Source of the DNA: Actinomycetota bacterium
Lineage (GTDB): Bacteria; Actinomycetota; UBA4738; HRBIN12
Assembly (NCBI GenBank): GCA_046729855.1
Contig: JBKPHM010000047.1
Coordinates: 88,125 to 152,124 of the forward strand
Direction of reading: 5' to 3'
DNA: 64,000 nt
In this document: positions 1-10,295 of the stretch, in pieces
How positions within the stretch are numbered: the stretch's first letter is position 1
Layout: every line of letters begins with the position of its first letter
Translations under genes and position numbers: made by a program
The notes under the pieces: model-generated
Seen by the model: only the letters and a program-made list of their open reading frames with translations
Database searches by the model: none
What the model was told of the DNA's origin: nothing

Positions 1-599
1 GCCCGGCCCGGCGCGAGCGGATCGGGACGCCCGAGGACCAGGTCGACCTGGCCCGACAGCACGAGCGCGCCGCCGAGGAGCTCGGCGCGGACCCGAAGCT
101 CGGCGACCGGCGCCAGCATCGTCCGGATCTCGCGCAGCGGTGGGAACGAGCCGCGGAAATGCGTGAGTCGCCGCAGGACGTGGAGCAGGTGGTCGTCCTG
201 GTCGAGCTGGTCGAGCCGGCGCCAGTACGTTGCGAAGCGCGGATCGTCCTCGGACAGGCGCTCGGCGGCCTTGGCGGCGACCGCCTGCGCGCCGGTCTCG
301 TTGCGCGCCCCGACCTCGAGCTCGATCGCGCGGTGGAGCAGCGTCCCGATCGCGCTGGTGCGGGAGTGCGCGAACGGCTCCGTCTCGCCGAGCACGGCGG
401 CCGCGAGCTTGCCCTCGCATCGCGTCAGGTCGTTCAACCGGTCCTTGCCGAGCCACAGCGGTTCGGACAGGTCCAGCCCGCGGACCGCGTCCTCGATCCG
501 ATCGCGCAGGCCCTGCGCGACGTCGGCCGGGAACACGGGCCGCGGCTCTTTGCCGATGAGCCGGTCGAGCGTCCGCTGCTGAACGGCCGTGACGTCCAC
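1..599 (-). CDS. PD-(D/E)XK (RecB/Cas4-like) nuclease family protein, 3' end outside window
   Basis: Minus-strand frame is open to the left edge, so it is absent from the ORF track (no stop in window). The first in-frame start is GTG at 599, just downstream of an in-frame TAG. Translation VDVTAVQQRTLDRLIGKEPRPVF...LGGALVLSGQVDLVLG has high GC3 and a G-x-hD-hhh strand typical of PD-(D/E)XK nucleases. Confidence 0.45.
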   Translation of the reverse strand, partial: MDVTAVQQRTLDRLIGKEPRPVFPADVAQGLRDRIEDAVRGLDLSEPLWLGKDRLNDLTRCEGKLAAAVLGETEPFAHSRTSAIGTLLHRAIELEVGARNETGAQAVAAKAAERLSEDDPRFATYWRRLDQLDQDDHLLHVLRRLTHFRGSFPPLREIRTMLAPVAELRVRAELLGGALVLSGQVDLVLGRPDPLAPGR

Positions 600-681
600 G
601 TCGCGATCGTATGGAGGACCACCGACACGTCCACCGCCGACACGCGGGTCGCGCCGCGGCGCGCGGTGCTACGGATAGAGC

Positions 682-1233
682 GTGACCGAAGAGACGGACG
701 ACGTCCTCCGCGCGCTCGCGGACCCCGAGCGACTCGCGATCGCCGGCCTGCTCGCACGTGGGTCGTGCACGGCCACGGTGCTCGCCGAGGAGCTCGCACT
801 GCCGCTCGCCCGGCTGCGCAAACATCTGAATCGTCTCACCGCGAGCGGCCTCGCGCGGCTCGAGCCGGACCGGCGCACGTACCGGCTCGACCCCGAGACG
901 CTCCGCCGCGTTGCGGCGCAGGTGGGGCCGCCGCGCGAGGCCGGCCTCGCCCTCGGCGCCGCGAACGAGGACGAGCAGGCGGTCCTTCGGACGTTCTTCC
1001 GCAAGGGCCGCCTCACCGAGATCCCCGCGAGGGAGTCGAAGCGACGCATCGTGCTCGAGCGCATCGCGATCGAGTTCGACCCGGGCGTGCGGTACGACGA
1101 GCGGGAGGTCAACGCGATCGTCGGCCGGTTCTTCCACGACCACGCGGCGCTCCGCCGGTACCTGGTGGACGAGGGCTTCCTCACCCGCGAACGCGGTCGG
1201 TACTGGCGGACAGGCGGCCGCGTCGAGGTGTGA
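682..1233 (+). CDS. ArsR-type winged-HTH protein with DUF2087-like C-terminal domain
   Basis: GTG start. The N-terminal LRALADPERLAIAGLL...TATVLAEELALPLARLRKHLNRLTASGL is an ArsR-like HTH. The C-terminal FFRKGRLTEIPARESKRRIVLERIA...EREVNAIV matches the DUF2087 pattern. Confidence 0.7.
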   Translation: MTEETDDVLRALADPERLAIAGLLARGSCTATVLAEELALPLARLRKHLNRLTASGLARLEPDRRTYRLDPETLRRVAAQVGPPREAGLALGAANEDEQAVLRTFFRKGRLTEIPARESKRRIVLERIAIEFDPGVRYDEREVNAIVGRFFHDHAALRRYLVDEGFLTRERGRYWRTGGRVEV

Positions 1234-1302
1234 GGCGGGTCGCCGCGGAGTCCGACGCGCACGCGACCGGCGGGCACGCCGGCGACGATAGACTGCGGGG
1301 CA

Positions 1303-2904
1303 ATGGCCACGACCGACGAGGAGCTCCCGCGGTCCGAGGACGGCCCGCCGATCGTCTCCGTCGATGAACGGATCGAGGAGCTCAGACGTCGCAAGGCCGC
1401 GCTCCTAGACGCCGCGCGCGAGGGCGCGGTCCGCAAGCAGCACGAGCGCGGCAAGCAGACGGCGCGCGAGCGGATCGAGCTGCTCCTCGACCGTGGCTCG
1501 TTCTCCGAGACCGATCCGTTCGCCGTGCACCGTTCGCGCGACTTCGGCGTCGGCCGCAGCCACCCGCCCGGCGACGGCGTCGTCACCGGGTTCGGCACGA
1601 TCGACGGGCGGAAGGTATTCGTCGCGTCGCAGGACTTCACGGTGTTCGGCGGTTCGCTCGGTGAGGTGCACGCCCAGAAGATCTGCAAGGTGCTCGACCT
1701 CGCGATGTCGACGGGCGCGCCGTTCATCCAGATCAATGACTCTGGCGGCGCCAGGATCCAGGAGGGTGCCGCGTCGCTCGCGGGGTACGGCTACGTCTTC
1801 GAACGCAACGTGCGCGCGAGCGGCGTGATCCCGCAGATCAGCGTGATCATGGGGCCTTGCGCCGGCGGCGCCGTTTACTCCCCCGCCATCACCGATTTCA
1901 CGTTCATGGTCCGTGAGACCTCGCACATGTTCATCACGGGTCCGGACGTGATCAAGGCCGTGACGGGCGAAGACGTCACCTTCGAGGCGCTCGGTGGCGC
2001 GCAGACGCACGCGTCCAAGAGCGGCGTCTCGTCGCTCGTGGCCGGCGACGAGGAGGAGTGCTTGGCGATGGTCCGGCACCTCCTGTCGTATCTGCCGTCG
2101 AACAACCTGGAGGACGCGCCCTCCTACGCGCCCGTCGACGACCCGGAGCGCCGCGACGAGGGCCTCACACTCCTCGTGCCGGATTCGGCGAGGGAGCCGT
2201 ACGACATGCACGAGGTGATCCGGCGCATCGTCGACGACGGCGACTTCTTCGAGGTCTTCCCGTTCTGGGCGATGAACATCGTCGTCGGGTTCGCGCGGCT
2301 CGACGGGCGGACGGTCGGGGTCGTGGCGAACCAGCCGAAGGTGCTCGCCGGGACGCTCGACATCGAGTCCAGCGAGAAGGCGTCGCGGTTCGTCCGGTTC
2401 TGCGACGCGTTCAATGTGCCGCTGGTGACGTTCGTCGACGTGCCGGGGTTCCTGCCCGGGACGGCGCAGGAGTACGGCGGCATCATCCGTCACGGGGCCA
2501 AGCTGCTTTACGCGTTCGCCGAGTCGACGGTGCCGCGCCTGACCGTGATCACGCGCAAGGCCTACGGCGGCGCCTACCTCGTGATGAACTCGAAGCACCT
2601 GCGCGCCGACGTCGCGTACGCGTGGCCGACCGCCGAGATCGCCGTCATGGGTCCCGAGGGCGCCGTCAACATCGTGAACCGCAAGGAGCTGGAGGCGGCC
2701 GAGGACGCGGAACGCCGGCGAGCCGAGCTGATCGCCGAATACCAACGGACGTTCGCGACGCCGTACGTCGCCGCGGAGCGCGGCTTCATCGACGACGTGA
2801 TCGAGCCCGCCGAGACGCGCCCGCGGCTGGTACACGCGCTCCGCATGCTCGCGACCAAGCGCGAGGCGGTCCCGGCCCGCAAGCACGGGAACATCCCGCT
2901 GTGA
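1303..2904 (+). CDS. pccB: Propionyl-CoA/acyl-CoA carboxylase carboxyltransferase (beta) subunit
   Basis: 533 aa with full-length similarity to the PccB/AccD5 family: [46 protein letters not shown]. Confidence 0.92.
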   Translation: MATTDEELPRSEDGPPIVSVDERIEELRRRKAALLDAAREGAVRKQHERGKQTARERIELLLDRGSFSETDPFAVHRSRDFGVGRSHPPGDGVVTGFGTIDGRKVFVASQDFTVFGGSLGEVHAQKICKVLDLAMSTGAPFIQINDSGGARIQEGAASLAGYGYVFERNVRASGVIPQISVIMGPCAGGAVYSPAITDFTFMVRETSHMFITGPDVIKAVTGEDVTFEALGGAQTHASKSGVSSLVAGDEEECLAMVRHLLSYLPSNNLEDAPSYAPVDDPERRDEGLTLLVPDSAREPYDMHEVIRRIVDDGDFFEVFPFWAMNIVVGFARLDGRTVGVVANQPKVLAGTLDIESSEKASRFVRFCDAFNVPLVTFVDVPGFLPGTAQEYGGIIRHGAKLLYAFAESTVPRLTVITRKAYGGAYLVMNSKHLRADVAYAWPTAEIAVMGPEGAVNIVNRKELEAAEDAERRRAELIAEYQRTFATPYVAAERGFIDDVIEPAETRPRLVHALRMLATKREAVPARKHGNIPL

Positions 2905-3161
2905 GCGACGAGCGCCGCTTCGAGCTCCCCGAGGGTCTGACCCCTGAGGAAGCACGCGCCGTGCTCGTCGCCCTCGAGCGGTACTTCGTGAAGGAGAGCC
3001 CGCACCCAGACCCGTGGGTGCTGGCCGGCCGCGTCGAGTCGACCGGGCAGGGGGCGCTGCAAGCGCGCCGGTTCACCGACGAGCCGTGGCGAGCGAACCC
3101 CTACGCACCGTACGCGCGACGCGGCACCCCGGCACTTCACGGCCGCGGCGACGCGCGCTGA
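2901..3161 (+). CDS. Acyl-CoA carboxylase epsilon subunit (AccE-like)
   Basis: GTG at 2901 overlaps the pccB stop (GTGA). It encodes an 86-aa protein in the position typical for the actinobacterial epsilon subunit. Coding-like GC3. Confidence 0.55.
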   Translation: MSDERRFELPEGLTPEEARAVLVALERYFVKESPHPDPWVLAGRVESTGQGALQARRFTDEPWRANPYAPYARRGTPALHGRGDAR

Positions 3162-3166
3162 CGTCG

Positions 3167-3967
3167 GTGGATGTATCCGCCGACGCCAACCGGGCAGTGG
3201 CCTCGTGCCCGAGCTGCGGAGCTGAGTACCGAGCCGGGTTCGACACGTGCCGCGACTGCGGCGTCGCACTCAAGCCGCTCGATGAGGGCGCGGGTGGGAC
3301 CGAGAACGTCCGTCGCGGCACGATCGAGGTCGTCGAGCGGGCCGATGCCGTTGCCGGGGATGCCGAGGACGCGCCCGCCGACGCACCCGACGCGGTCGAC
3401 GCGGACGACGACCCGTCAGACCTGTTCTACGCCGAGGAGCATCCCGTTCGGATCGTGCTCGCGCGGGTCGATCCGCTCGACGCCGCGGACGTCGCGGAGC
3501 GACTGGAGAAGGCCGGAATCGGCGCGCGCGGTGCGGCGCCGGACGAGAACGGGTGGGCATCTGTCGTGATCCACGACACATGCCTGCCCGAGGCACAGGC
3601 GATCCTCGCGGAGATGGGGCTCGGCGCGGCCGACACGATCGACGAGGAGGACGATCCGGACGAGCAAGAGGAGCTCCCCGAGGACGCGTGGGCTCGGACG
3701 AACCGGCGCGTCTGGGGCGCCGGCGACGATGCCGATGCCACCGGCGACGCCGACGGAGCGGCGCCCGTCGATGCTGATCCCTTCGTCCCCGTGGCGTCGT
3801 TCTTTGCGGCGGATGCGCGGGCCGGCGCCGAACGGCTCGCCGAGGCGGGGATCGACGTGCGGATCGTGGTCGACCGCTCCGGAGCGTCCTCGGTCCGCCA
3901 GGCCGAGCTCCGGGTCCGGCCGGACCGATTCCACGACGCCGGCCGCATCCTGCACATCGAGGTGTAG
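3167..3967 (+). CDS. Acidic Zn-ribbon protein with two DUF2007-like modules (hypothetical)
   Basis: GTG at 3167. The N-terminal CPSCG...CRDCG is a Zn ribbon. There are two repeats of the pattern VRIVLARVDPLDAADVAERLEKAGI / FFAADARAGAERLAEAGIDVRIVVD. Confidence 0.55.
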   Translation: MDVSADANRAVASCPSCGAEYRAGFDTCRDCGVALKPLDEGAGGTENVRRGTIEVVERADAVAGDAEDAPADAPDAVDADDDPSDLFYAEEHPVRIVLARVDPLDAADVAERLEKAGIGARGAAPDENGWASVVIHDTCLPEAQAILAEMGLGAADTIDEEDDPDEQEELPEDAWARTNRRVWGAGDDADATGDADGAAPVDADPFVPVASFFAADARAGAERLAEAGIDVRIVVDRSGASSVRQAELRVRPDRFHDAGRILHIEV

Positions 3968-4013
3968 GCAGGACGGATGGCGGCGGCGTGACCGGCGGCC
4001 GCCGCGCCGCGAC

Positions 4014-4940
4014 CTAGCCCTCGTACTCGGCGCCCGCCGACGATCCGCAGAACGTCGTCGGGAGGAGGTCGAGCCGCGACGCCTCGATCTCCTCGTCCCA
4101 GCTGAACGCCGGCACGAGCGTGACGCGGTCGAGCTCGAGGATCGTCCCATGGACGTCGTACCGGTTGGGATCGGCTTCGCTGCGGACCGCCGTCATGACG
4201 GCGAGGCGACGGAGCGGGTCCTCCCCGCACGACATCCACCGCACGACACCCTCGTCGGCGAACCCCCAGTCGAAGACGTTCGTCCCTGCGCGAAGGCCGA
4301 GCTCGGGGTCCCAGTCGTCACCCGGCGCCCCCACCTCGAGCCGCTGGAACCCGTCGGTCTCGTCGAACCGATAGAGGCTGAGCGGGAGATCGGAGGGAGA
4401 CGCCCACCCCGTCTGCACGGCGATCTCTGCGCGACCGTCCGCGTCCACGTCCGGAGCGGCGAACACGTGACAGAGCCACGGCGTCTCACACTCGGGGATG
4501 GCGCGCCTGACGACGCCATTCTTCCCGCCGAGCTGTACGCGGAGCTCGTATCGCCCCGGCTCGTTCTCGGCGCACGGCTCCACGGTGTCGACGACCACCC
4601 GATCGGCGACGCCGTCACCGTCGACGTCGGCATCTATGTCCGTCAGGTCGCAGACCCACGAGGGCATAACGTCGCCGCCAGGTGAGCCGGTGGGCGACGG
4701 GGTCGGCACACCTGTATCGCCCGGCGCCGGCTCGGCCGCCGGACCGATCACACGCGACAACCCATAGACGGTCGCGCCGGACGCCGCGAACGCAACGACG
4801 ACGATCGTCACGACGCCCGCGCGACGGACGACCCGTCGACGGGCGCGCCGCCGGACGATGCGCTCGACGACGCCGTCGGTCCCAACCGGCAGCGTCGCCC
4901 CGCGGACGCGGGACCTGATGCGTTCATCGGTGCGCGACAT
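4014..4940 (-). CDS. Putative anti-sigma factor, single-pass membrane protein with FG-GAP/VCBS-like ectodomain
   Basis: Start overlaps the stop of the upstream ECF sigma gene by 17 nt. One TM helix (AGVVTIVVVAFAASGATVYGL). DxDxDGDG and DADGRAEIAV repeats lie in the extracytoplasmic part. Confidence 0.6.
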   Translation of the reverse strand: MSRTDERIRSRVRGATLPVGTDGVVERIVRRRARRRVVRRAGVVTIVVVAFAASGATVYGLSRVIGPAAEPAPGDTGVPTPSPTGSPGGDVMPSWVCDLTDIDADVDGDGVADRVVVDTVEPCAENEPGRYELRVQLGGKNGVVRRAIPECETPWLCHVFAAPDVDADGRAEIAVQTGWASPSDLPLSLYRFDETDGFQRLEVGAPGDDWDPELGLRAGTNVFDWGFADEGVVRWMSCGEDPLRRLAVMTAVRSEADPNRYDVHGTILELDRVTLVPAFSWDEEIEASRLDLLPTTFCGSSAGAEYEG

Positions 4941-5457
4941 CGTTCACCTCCTCATCGTCGGCGAGCGTGGCCGCGAGCGCCTCCCGAGCCCGGTGGAGCG
5001 AGCTCTTGACGGTGCCCTCCGAGATCCCGAGCGCACGGGCGATGTCGGCGACGTCCATGTCGAGGTAGTAGTGGAACACGGCGACCTCGCGGCGCCGTGG
5101 GGGAAGCGCGCGCAGGGCCCCCACGACGTCTGCACGATCCTCGGCCTCGGCGATCGGCGCCCGCTCGGACAGCTCCGCGCCGAGGCGCCGGCGCGCCGAG
5201 ACCTCACGCAGGAGCCGTCGAAGACGGTCGCGGAGCAGGTTTCGTGCGACCGCCGCGACCCAGGCCGGAAGCGACTCGATCCGGTGACCGCGCTCCGACG
5301 CCTCCCAGGCCCGAGCGAGGGCCTCCTGGACGGCGTCCTCGGCCGCCTGCACGCTGCCCCCCAGGAGCGTCATCGCGTTCACGAGGCGGACGTAGTCCGA
5401 TGCGACGAACCGGCGGATCTCGTGCTCGTCCAGACGTCCCTCCTCGGCTACCGTCAT
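4924..5457 (-). CDS. ECF-type RNA polymerase sigma-70 family factor
   Basis: Region 2 (AEDAVQEALARAW...LPAWVAAVARN) and region 4 (REVAVFHYYLDMDVADIARALGISEGTVKSSLHRAR). Confidence 0.85.
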   Translation of the reverse strand: MTVAEEGRLDEHEIRRFVASDYVRLVNAMTLLGGSVQAAEDAVQEALARAWEASERGHRIESLPAWVAAVARNLLRDRLRRLLREVSARRRLGAELSERAPIAEAEDRADVVGALRALPPRRREVAVFHYYLDMDVADIARALGISEGTVKSSLHRAREALAATLADDEEVNDVAHR

Positions 5458-5519
5458 GTGAGGAACGACGCTGGGCGGCCGCGGGTTGCTCGAGCGGACG
5501 GGTAACGGAGGAATGGGCC

Positions 5520-5816
5520 TTGGACGCGACCAAGACGTCCGGCGCGGTGGACGGGATCGACACGGCGCGACGGGCGCTGGCCGCCGAGCGGTGCGGCCCG
5601 CCGCGCGTGTGGGGAAACGGGCCGGGCGACACCTACGGCTGGCACGCGCACGGCTACCACAAGGTGCTGTTCTGCCTCGACGGATCGATCGTGTTCCACA
5701 CGCGCGACGGCGATGTTGCCCTCGAGGCCGGCGACCGGCTGGACCTGCCTCCGGGCGCGGAGCACGCAGCGACGGTGGGCCCGTCCGGCGTCCGCTGCGT
5801 GGAGGCCGAACGCTGA
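5520..5816 (+). CDS. Cupin domain protein
   Basis: TTG start 8 nt after the GGAGG at 5507-5511. Cupin motifs [17 protein letters not shown] and LPPGAEHAA are present. Confidence 0.6.
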   Translation: MDATKTSGAVDGIDTARRALAAERCGPPRVWGNGPGDTYGWHAHGYHKVLFCLDGSIVFHTRDGDVALEAGDRLDLPPGAEHAATVGPSGVRCVEAER

Positions 5817-5854
5817 GCGGGCCGCGGGCCCGGCTCTGCTACCGTTCGCGCCGC

Positions 5855-7336
5855 ATGAGAACCGCGTGGGCCACCCGCGCCGTCGCCGTGGCCGTTGTGT
5901 CGTCGGCCGTGGCGTCGGCGTGTACGGCGGAGGCGTCGAACGACCCCGACCCGACCTCGCCCGCTCCGACCGGTTCGACGGCGTCGTCACCCACCGGCTC
6001 ACCGGAACCCCGGCTGCGCGGGTTCGAGAACATCCAGCACGTGATCTTCATCGTGCAGGAGAACCGGTCGTTCGATCACTACTTCGGCACGTTCCCGGGC
6101 GCGGACGGGATCCCCACCGATGCGAAGGGGCGGTTCACGGCATGCAACCCCGACCCCGTGACCGGCGTCTGCGCGCGGCCGTACTACGACGACACGCCCA
6201 AGGACGCGGGTGGTCCGCACGTGCAGTGGGCGTCGGTCGTCGACATCAACGACGGCAGGATGGATGGCTTCGTCGAGATGGCGGTCCGGAGCTCGAACCG
6301 GTGCGCCGCGGCGTCCGAGCGGAACACGCCGCTCTGCAGAGAACGCAACGGCCCGCAGGGACAGCCCGACGTGATGGGCTACCACGACGCGCGCGAGATC
6401 CCCAACTACTGGCGGTACGCCGAGGAGTTCGTCTTGCAGGACCGGATGTTCGCGCCCGCAGACTCGTGGACGCTGCCGGCGCACCTCTACCTCGTGTCGG
6501 CCTGGTCGGCACGGTGCACCGATCCGCGTGACCCGATGAGCTGCACGACGGACGTCGGGCTGAGCGGGGTCTGGGATCGGCTGCGCGAGGGACTCAGACG
6601 GCCGCTCTACGCGTGGACCGACATCACGCACCTGCTGCACGAGGCGGGCGTGAGCTGGGCGTACTACGCGGGTGGCGCGATCTGCTTCGAGGGCCGTCCG
6701 TGCGAGGACGAGCCCGCCAGCTTCATCCAGACGCCGCTCCCCTGGTTCACGACCGTGCGCGAGAACCGGCAGCTCCGCAACATCCAGCCGCACGACGCCT
6801 ACTTCGAGGCGATCGAGGACGGCACGCTGCCGACGGTGTCCTGGGTCGTCCCGGGGCGCGGCGGAATCAGCGAGCACCCCGGCACCGGCGCGCCGATCAC
6901 GCGAGGGCAGGCGTACGTCACCGGCCTGATCAACGCGATCATGCGCTCGGACTACTGGGAGCGGACGGCGATCTTCCTGACGTGGGACGACTGGGGCGGG
7001 TTCTACGACCACGTCGAGCCGCCGCGCGTCGACGAGGCCGGATACGGGATCCGCGTCCCCGCACTCGTGATCAGCCCGTGGGTGAGGCCCGGGACGATCG
7101 ATCACCAGACGCTGTCGTTCGACGCGTACCTCAGGTTCATCGAGGACCTGTACCTGGACGGTCAGCGGCTCGACCCGAAGACCGACGGACGGCCCGACTC
7201 CCGGCCGATCGTCCGGGAAGAGGTGAAGATCCTCGGAGACCTCCGCACGCTGTTCGACTTCAAGCAGGAGCCGCTGCCGCCCCTGATCCTGCCGCTGCGC
7301 CCCGAGCCGGGTCCGGCGTCCGAGCCCGGCGGGTAA
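5855..7336 (+). CDS. Phosphoesterase family protein (non-haemolytic phospholipase C / AcpA acid phosphatase family), probable lipoprotein
   Basis: ATG at 5855. Signal peptide ends in ...AVASAC. The hallmark [26 protein letters not shown] is present, plus [12 protein letters not shown] and [12 protein letters not shown]. Confidence 0.85.
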   Translation: MRTAWATRAVAVAVVSSAVASACTAEASNDPDPTSPAPTGSTASSPTGSPEPRLRGFENIQHVIFIVQENRSFDHYFGTFPGADGIPTDAKGRFTACNPDPVTGVCARPYYDDTPKDAGGPHVQWASVVDINDGRMDGFVEMAVRSSNRCAAASERNTPLCRERNGPQGQPDVMGYHDAREIPNYWRYAEEFVLQDRMFAPADSWTLPAHLYLVSAWSARCTDPRDPMSCTTDVGLSGVWDRLREGLRRPLYAWTDITHLLHEAGVSWAYYAGGAICFEGRPCEDEPASFIQTPLPWFTTVRENRQLRNIQPHDAYFEAIEDGTLPTVSWVVPGRGGISEHPGTGAPITRGQAYVTGLINAIMRSDYWERTAIFLTWDDWGGFYDHVEPPRVDEAGYGIRVPALVISPWVRPGTIDHQTLSFDAYLRFIEDLYLDGQRLDPKTDGRPDSRPIVREEVKILGDLRTLFDFKQEPLPPLILPLRPEPGPASEPGG

Positions 7337-7340
7337 CGAC

Positions 7341-8351
7341 GTGTGTCCGCGCGTCGTGATGTTCGAACGGCGACCGTTCCCGCACCAGTACAGCATCGAG
7401 CAGGTCTTCGACCTCGTCCGGAATCACCTGCCGGACCGATTCGAGGTACACAAGGTCGTCGCCGCACGGTACAGCACGGGCGTCATGAACCGGATCGTGT
7501 CGATCGTCGACGCCCGTAGGCGCCAAGGCGACGTGAACCACATTGTCGGCGACGTGCATTTCCTGGCGCTCGGCCTCGACCCGGCCCGGACCGTCCTGAC
7601 GATCCACGACGCCGAGTTCATGGAGCGCGCGAGCACGCTCAAGGGGTGGCTGTACCGGTGGCTGTGGCTGCGGCTACCCATCCGAAGGTCGCGCGTCGTG
7701 GTCATGCCGACGGCCGCGGTCGTCGACGACCTCCAGCGGTACGTGCGTGTCTCGGCCGCGAAGCTCCGGGTGATCCCCGATCCGGTCTCGCCGGCGTTCG
7801 CAGACCCGGAGCCCGAGCGACGGCCCGGGGCGTCGGCCCCCCGGATCCTGGTCGTCGGGACGCGCTCGAACAAGAACCTGGAACGGTCGATCGCGGCGCT
7901 CGAGGGGTTGGGGGTGCGGCTCGTCGTGCTGGGGCCGCTCGGCGCGGCGCAGCGACGACTGCTCGCCGAGCGCGGCGTGGAGCACGAGGAGCACGTCGAC
8001 GTGCCGGGCGACCGCGTCGTCGACCTGTACCGCGGCGCCGACCTCCTGCTGTTCCCGTCGACCAAGGAGGGCTTCGGCGTGCCGATCGTGGAGGCGCAGG
8101 CGAGCGGCCTGCCGGTCGTGACGTCGGATCTCTCGCCGATGCGGGAGGTGGCCGCGGATGGCGCGTGCCTCGTGGACCCGTTCGACGTCGCCTCGATCCG
8201 CGCCGGCGTGCGCCGGGTGCTCGACGACGCCGGGTTCCGCGAGCGGCTGGTCGAGGGCGGCCGGCGCAACGTCGAACGGTTCGAGCCCGGTGCGGTGGCG
8301 GCGGCCTACGCCGCCGTCTACGACGAGGTGCTCGCGGCGACCTCGCCGTAG
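7341..8351 (+). CDS. Glycosyltransferase family 4 (GT-B, GT1/GT4 type)
   Basis: C-terminal EGFGVPIVEAQASGLPVVTSD motif. The start is ambiguous (GTG 7341, GTG 7356 or ATG 7359). Confidence 0.8.
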   Translation: MCPRVVMFERRPFPHQYSIEQVFDLVRNHLPDRFEVHKVVAARYSTGVMNRIVSIVDARRRQGDVNHIVGDVHFLALGLDPARTVLTIHDAEFMERASTLKGWLYRWLWLRLPIRRSRVVVMPTAAVVDDLQRYVRVSAAKLRVIPDPVSPAFADPEPERRPGASAPRILVVGTRSNKNLERSIAALEGLGVRLVVLGPLGAAQRRLLAERGVEHEEHVDVPGDRVVDLYRGADLLLFPSTKEGFGVPIVEAQASGLPVVTSDLSPMREVAADGACLVDPFDVASIRAGVRRVLDDAGFRERLVEGGRRNVERFEPGAVAAAYAAVYDEVLAATSP

Positions 8352-9445
8352 GCCTCCACGAGCCGGCGGGCGGTCGCCGACCACGTGAATGCCGCCGCTC
8401 GCCGCCGGCCGGCCTCGATCAGGGCGGCCCGTCTGGGTTCGTCCCACAACGTGCCACGCAGGGCACCGGCGATCGCCGCCTCGTCGGTGGGGTCGGGCAG
8501 GAGCGCCGCGTCCGCCGCGACCTCCGGCAGCGCACCGCCGGTCGACGCCACGACGGGTACCCCGAGCGTCATCGCCTCCAGCATGGGGAAGCCGAACCCC
8601 TCGTACAACGACGGGTACGCGAGGACGGCGGCTCCCTCGAGCAGCGCGCGGCGCGCGCCGGCGTCGACGTACCCCGCGAGCACGATGCGGTCGCGGGCGT
8701 GCGTCGCGGCGATCGTGCGCTCGACGTTGGGTCGGTCCGGCCCGTCGCGTCCCGCGATCACGAGCCGCAGGTCGGCATCGTCGTCCGCCACCGCGTCGAA
8801 GGCCCGAACCAGCATCGGCAGGTTCTTGCGCCGTTCCAGCGTGCCGAGCGCGAGGACGTAGCGCCCGCGATCGAGCGACGCCTCCAGCGCGGAAGGGAGC
8901 GGCCGGGCGAGGCTCAGTCTGGGCACGCCGAAGGGCACGACCACGACTCGGTCCGCCGGCAACCCGGGCAGGGACCGCCGGACCTCGTCCGCGACGGTCC
9001 GGGTCGTGCAGTGCACCCACGAGCCGCGCGCGACGGCGCGCCGGAGGATCGCCCCGAACCGTCGGACCGCGGGCGGGGCTCCGCTATCGGGGGACGCGAA
9101 CGTCGCGTCGTGGACCGTCACGATCGACGGAAGCGCGCTCGGCGGGACGACGAACGCCGTCCCATGGATCACCCGAGCGGGGCGGACGAGCGGGTCGACC
9201 CGCGGGCGATCCGCGGAAGCCCACGCCGCGAGCAGCGCCCTCGTCGGTACCGGCAGCCGGCGCGTTCCCGGGGGAAGCGAGGCATCGGCACGAAGGAGCC
9301 GCGTGCCGATCGCGTACGGCAGCAGGCGCACGGAACCGGTCTCGCCGAGCGCGCCGAAGAGCTCGGCGACCGCGTTGCCGATGCCCGTCCGCACGTCGGC
9401 GAGCGGCGTGACGTCGAACGCGACCGGCAGCGGGTCGTCGACCAC
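8318..9445 (-). CDS. Glycosyltransferase family 4
   Basis: GTG start. YEGFGFPMLEAMTLGVPVVAS motif and RKNLPMLVRAF. The 3' end overlaps the convergent GT gene by 34 nt. Confidence 0.8.
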   Translation of the reverse strand: MVDDPLPVAFDVTPLADVRTGIGNAVAELFGALGETGSVRLLPYAIGTRLLRADASLPPGTRRLPVPTRALLAAWASADRPRVDPLVRPARVIHGTAFVVPPSALPSIVTVHDATFASPDSGAPPAVRRFGAILRRAVARGSWVHCTTRTVADEVRRSLPGLPADRVVVVPFGVPRLSLARPLPSALEASLDRGRYVLALGTLERRKNLPMLVRAFDAVADDDADLRLVIAGRDGPDRPNVERTIAATHARDRIVLAGYVDAGARRALLEGAAVLAYPSLYEGFGFPMLEAMTLGVPVVASTGGALPEVAADAALLPDPTDEAAIAGALRGTLWDEPRRAALIEAGRRRAAAFTWSATARRLVEAYGEVAASTSS

Positions 9446-9516
9446 GGCCAGTTCCTAGCACACGGCCGCGCGATCGGGCCGCCGTCGGCCCGATGGGCCG
9501 CCCGACGGGCACGCCG

Positions 9517-9546
9517 TGGACACACGTGGCGGTGCGTCCGGATAAT
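9517..9546 (+). promoter_or_regulatory. Candidate sigma-70-type promoter TGGACA-N18-GATAAT giving a leaderless transcript
   Basis: TGGACA at 9517-9522 and GATAAT at 9541-9546. The GTG start codon at 9555 lies 9 nt after the -10 box. Confidence 0.35.
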
Positions 9547-9554
9547 CCCGGACC

Positions 9555-10295
9555 GTGTCAGGCGACCTGGTCCGCCGCGCCGTGTACGCGATCAAGACGC
9601 GAGTGGCGCGGCACCCGGCGCTCGCCCTGCCTGTCGCGCGGATCCGCGGACACGGCGTCGTCGTGTCGAGGGACTCCGACATCCTGATCGAGGGCTATCC
9701 GCGGTCGGGGAACACCTTCGCGGTCGTGGCGCTGCAACGGGCACAGCCCTCGCCCGTGCGCGTCGCGCACCACGTCCACGCGCCGGCCCACGTGATCGCG
9801 GCGATCGGCCTGGGCGTTCCCGCGATGGTCGTGATCCGCGCACCCGAGGATCCCGTCCTCGGGTACACGATCTGGAACCCCGAGGTCACCGTCGAACAGG
9901 CGCTCCGCGGCTACGTCCGGTTCCACGAGCCGCTCGTTCCATACGCTCACGATGTGCTAATCGCGACGTTCGACGAGGTCGTCGCGGACTTCGGCCTGGT
10001 CGTGCGGCGCCTCAACCGCCGGTCCGGCACGTCGTTCGTCGAGTTCGAGCACACGCCCGAGAACGTGCAGGCCGTCTTCGACGAGATCGAGGAGCACTTC
10101 AAGGTTCAGGTGGGCACCGGCCCACAGCTCGAACGCAAGGTCGCCAGACCGTCCGAGGAGCGGAACCGCCTGAAGGAGGAGCGCCGCGAGGTCTATCGCG
10201 GCCCGGCGCTCGCCTCGCTGCGAGAGCGAGCCGAGGACCTGTATCGACAGTTCGCCGAGGTACGCCGACACGAGCCGGCGGGGGGACCGTCGTGA
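9555..10295 (+). CDS. Sulfotransferase-like P-loop protein
   Basis: GYPRSGNT resembles the 5'-phosphosulfate-binding loop (PKSGTT type). VVIRAPEDPVLGY resembles the RxPxDxxxS 3'-phosphate motif. The stop overlaps the next GT start (GTGA). Confidence 0.55.
   Translation: MSGDLVRRAVYAIKTRVARHPALALPVARIRGHGVVVSRDSDILIEGYPRSGNTFAVVALQRAQPSPVRVAHHVHAPAHVIAAIGLGVPAMVVIRAPEDPVLGYTIWNPEVTVEQALRGYVRFHEPLVPYAHDVLIATFDEVVADFGLVVRRLNRRSGTSFVEFEHTPENVQAVFDEIEEHFKVQVGTGPQLERKVARPSEERNRLKEERREVYRGPALASLRERAEDLYRQFAEVRRHEPAGGPS

Noticed and set aside
159-1736. ORFs 159..1367 (+) and 669..1736 (-) overlapping the window start
   Set aside because: Their translations are Arg/Ala/Pro-rich with no motifs. They conflict with the better-supported PD-(D/E)XK frame (1-599, minus), the ArsR/DUF2087 gene and pccB.
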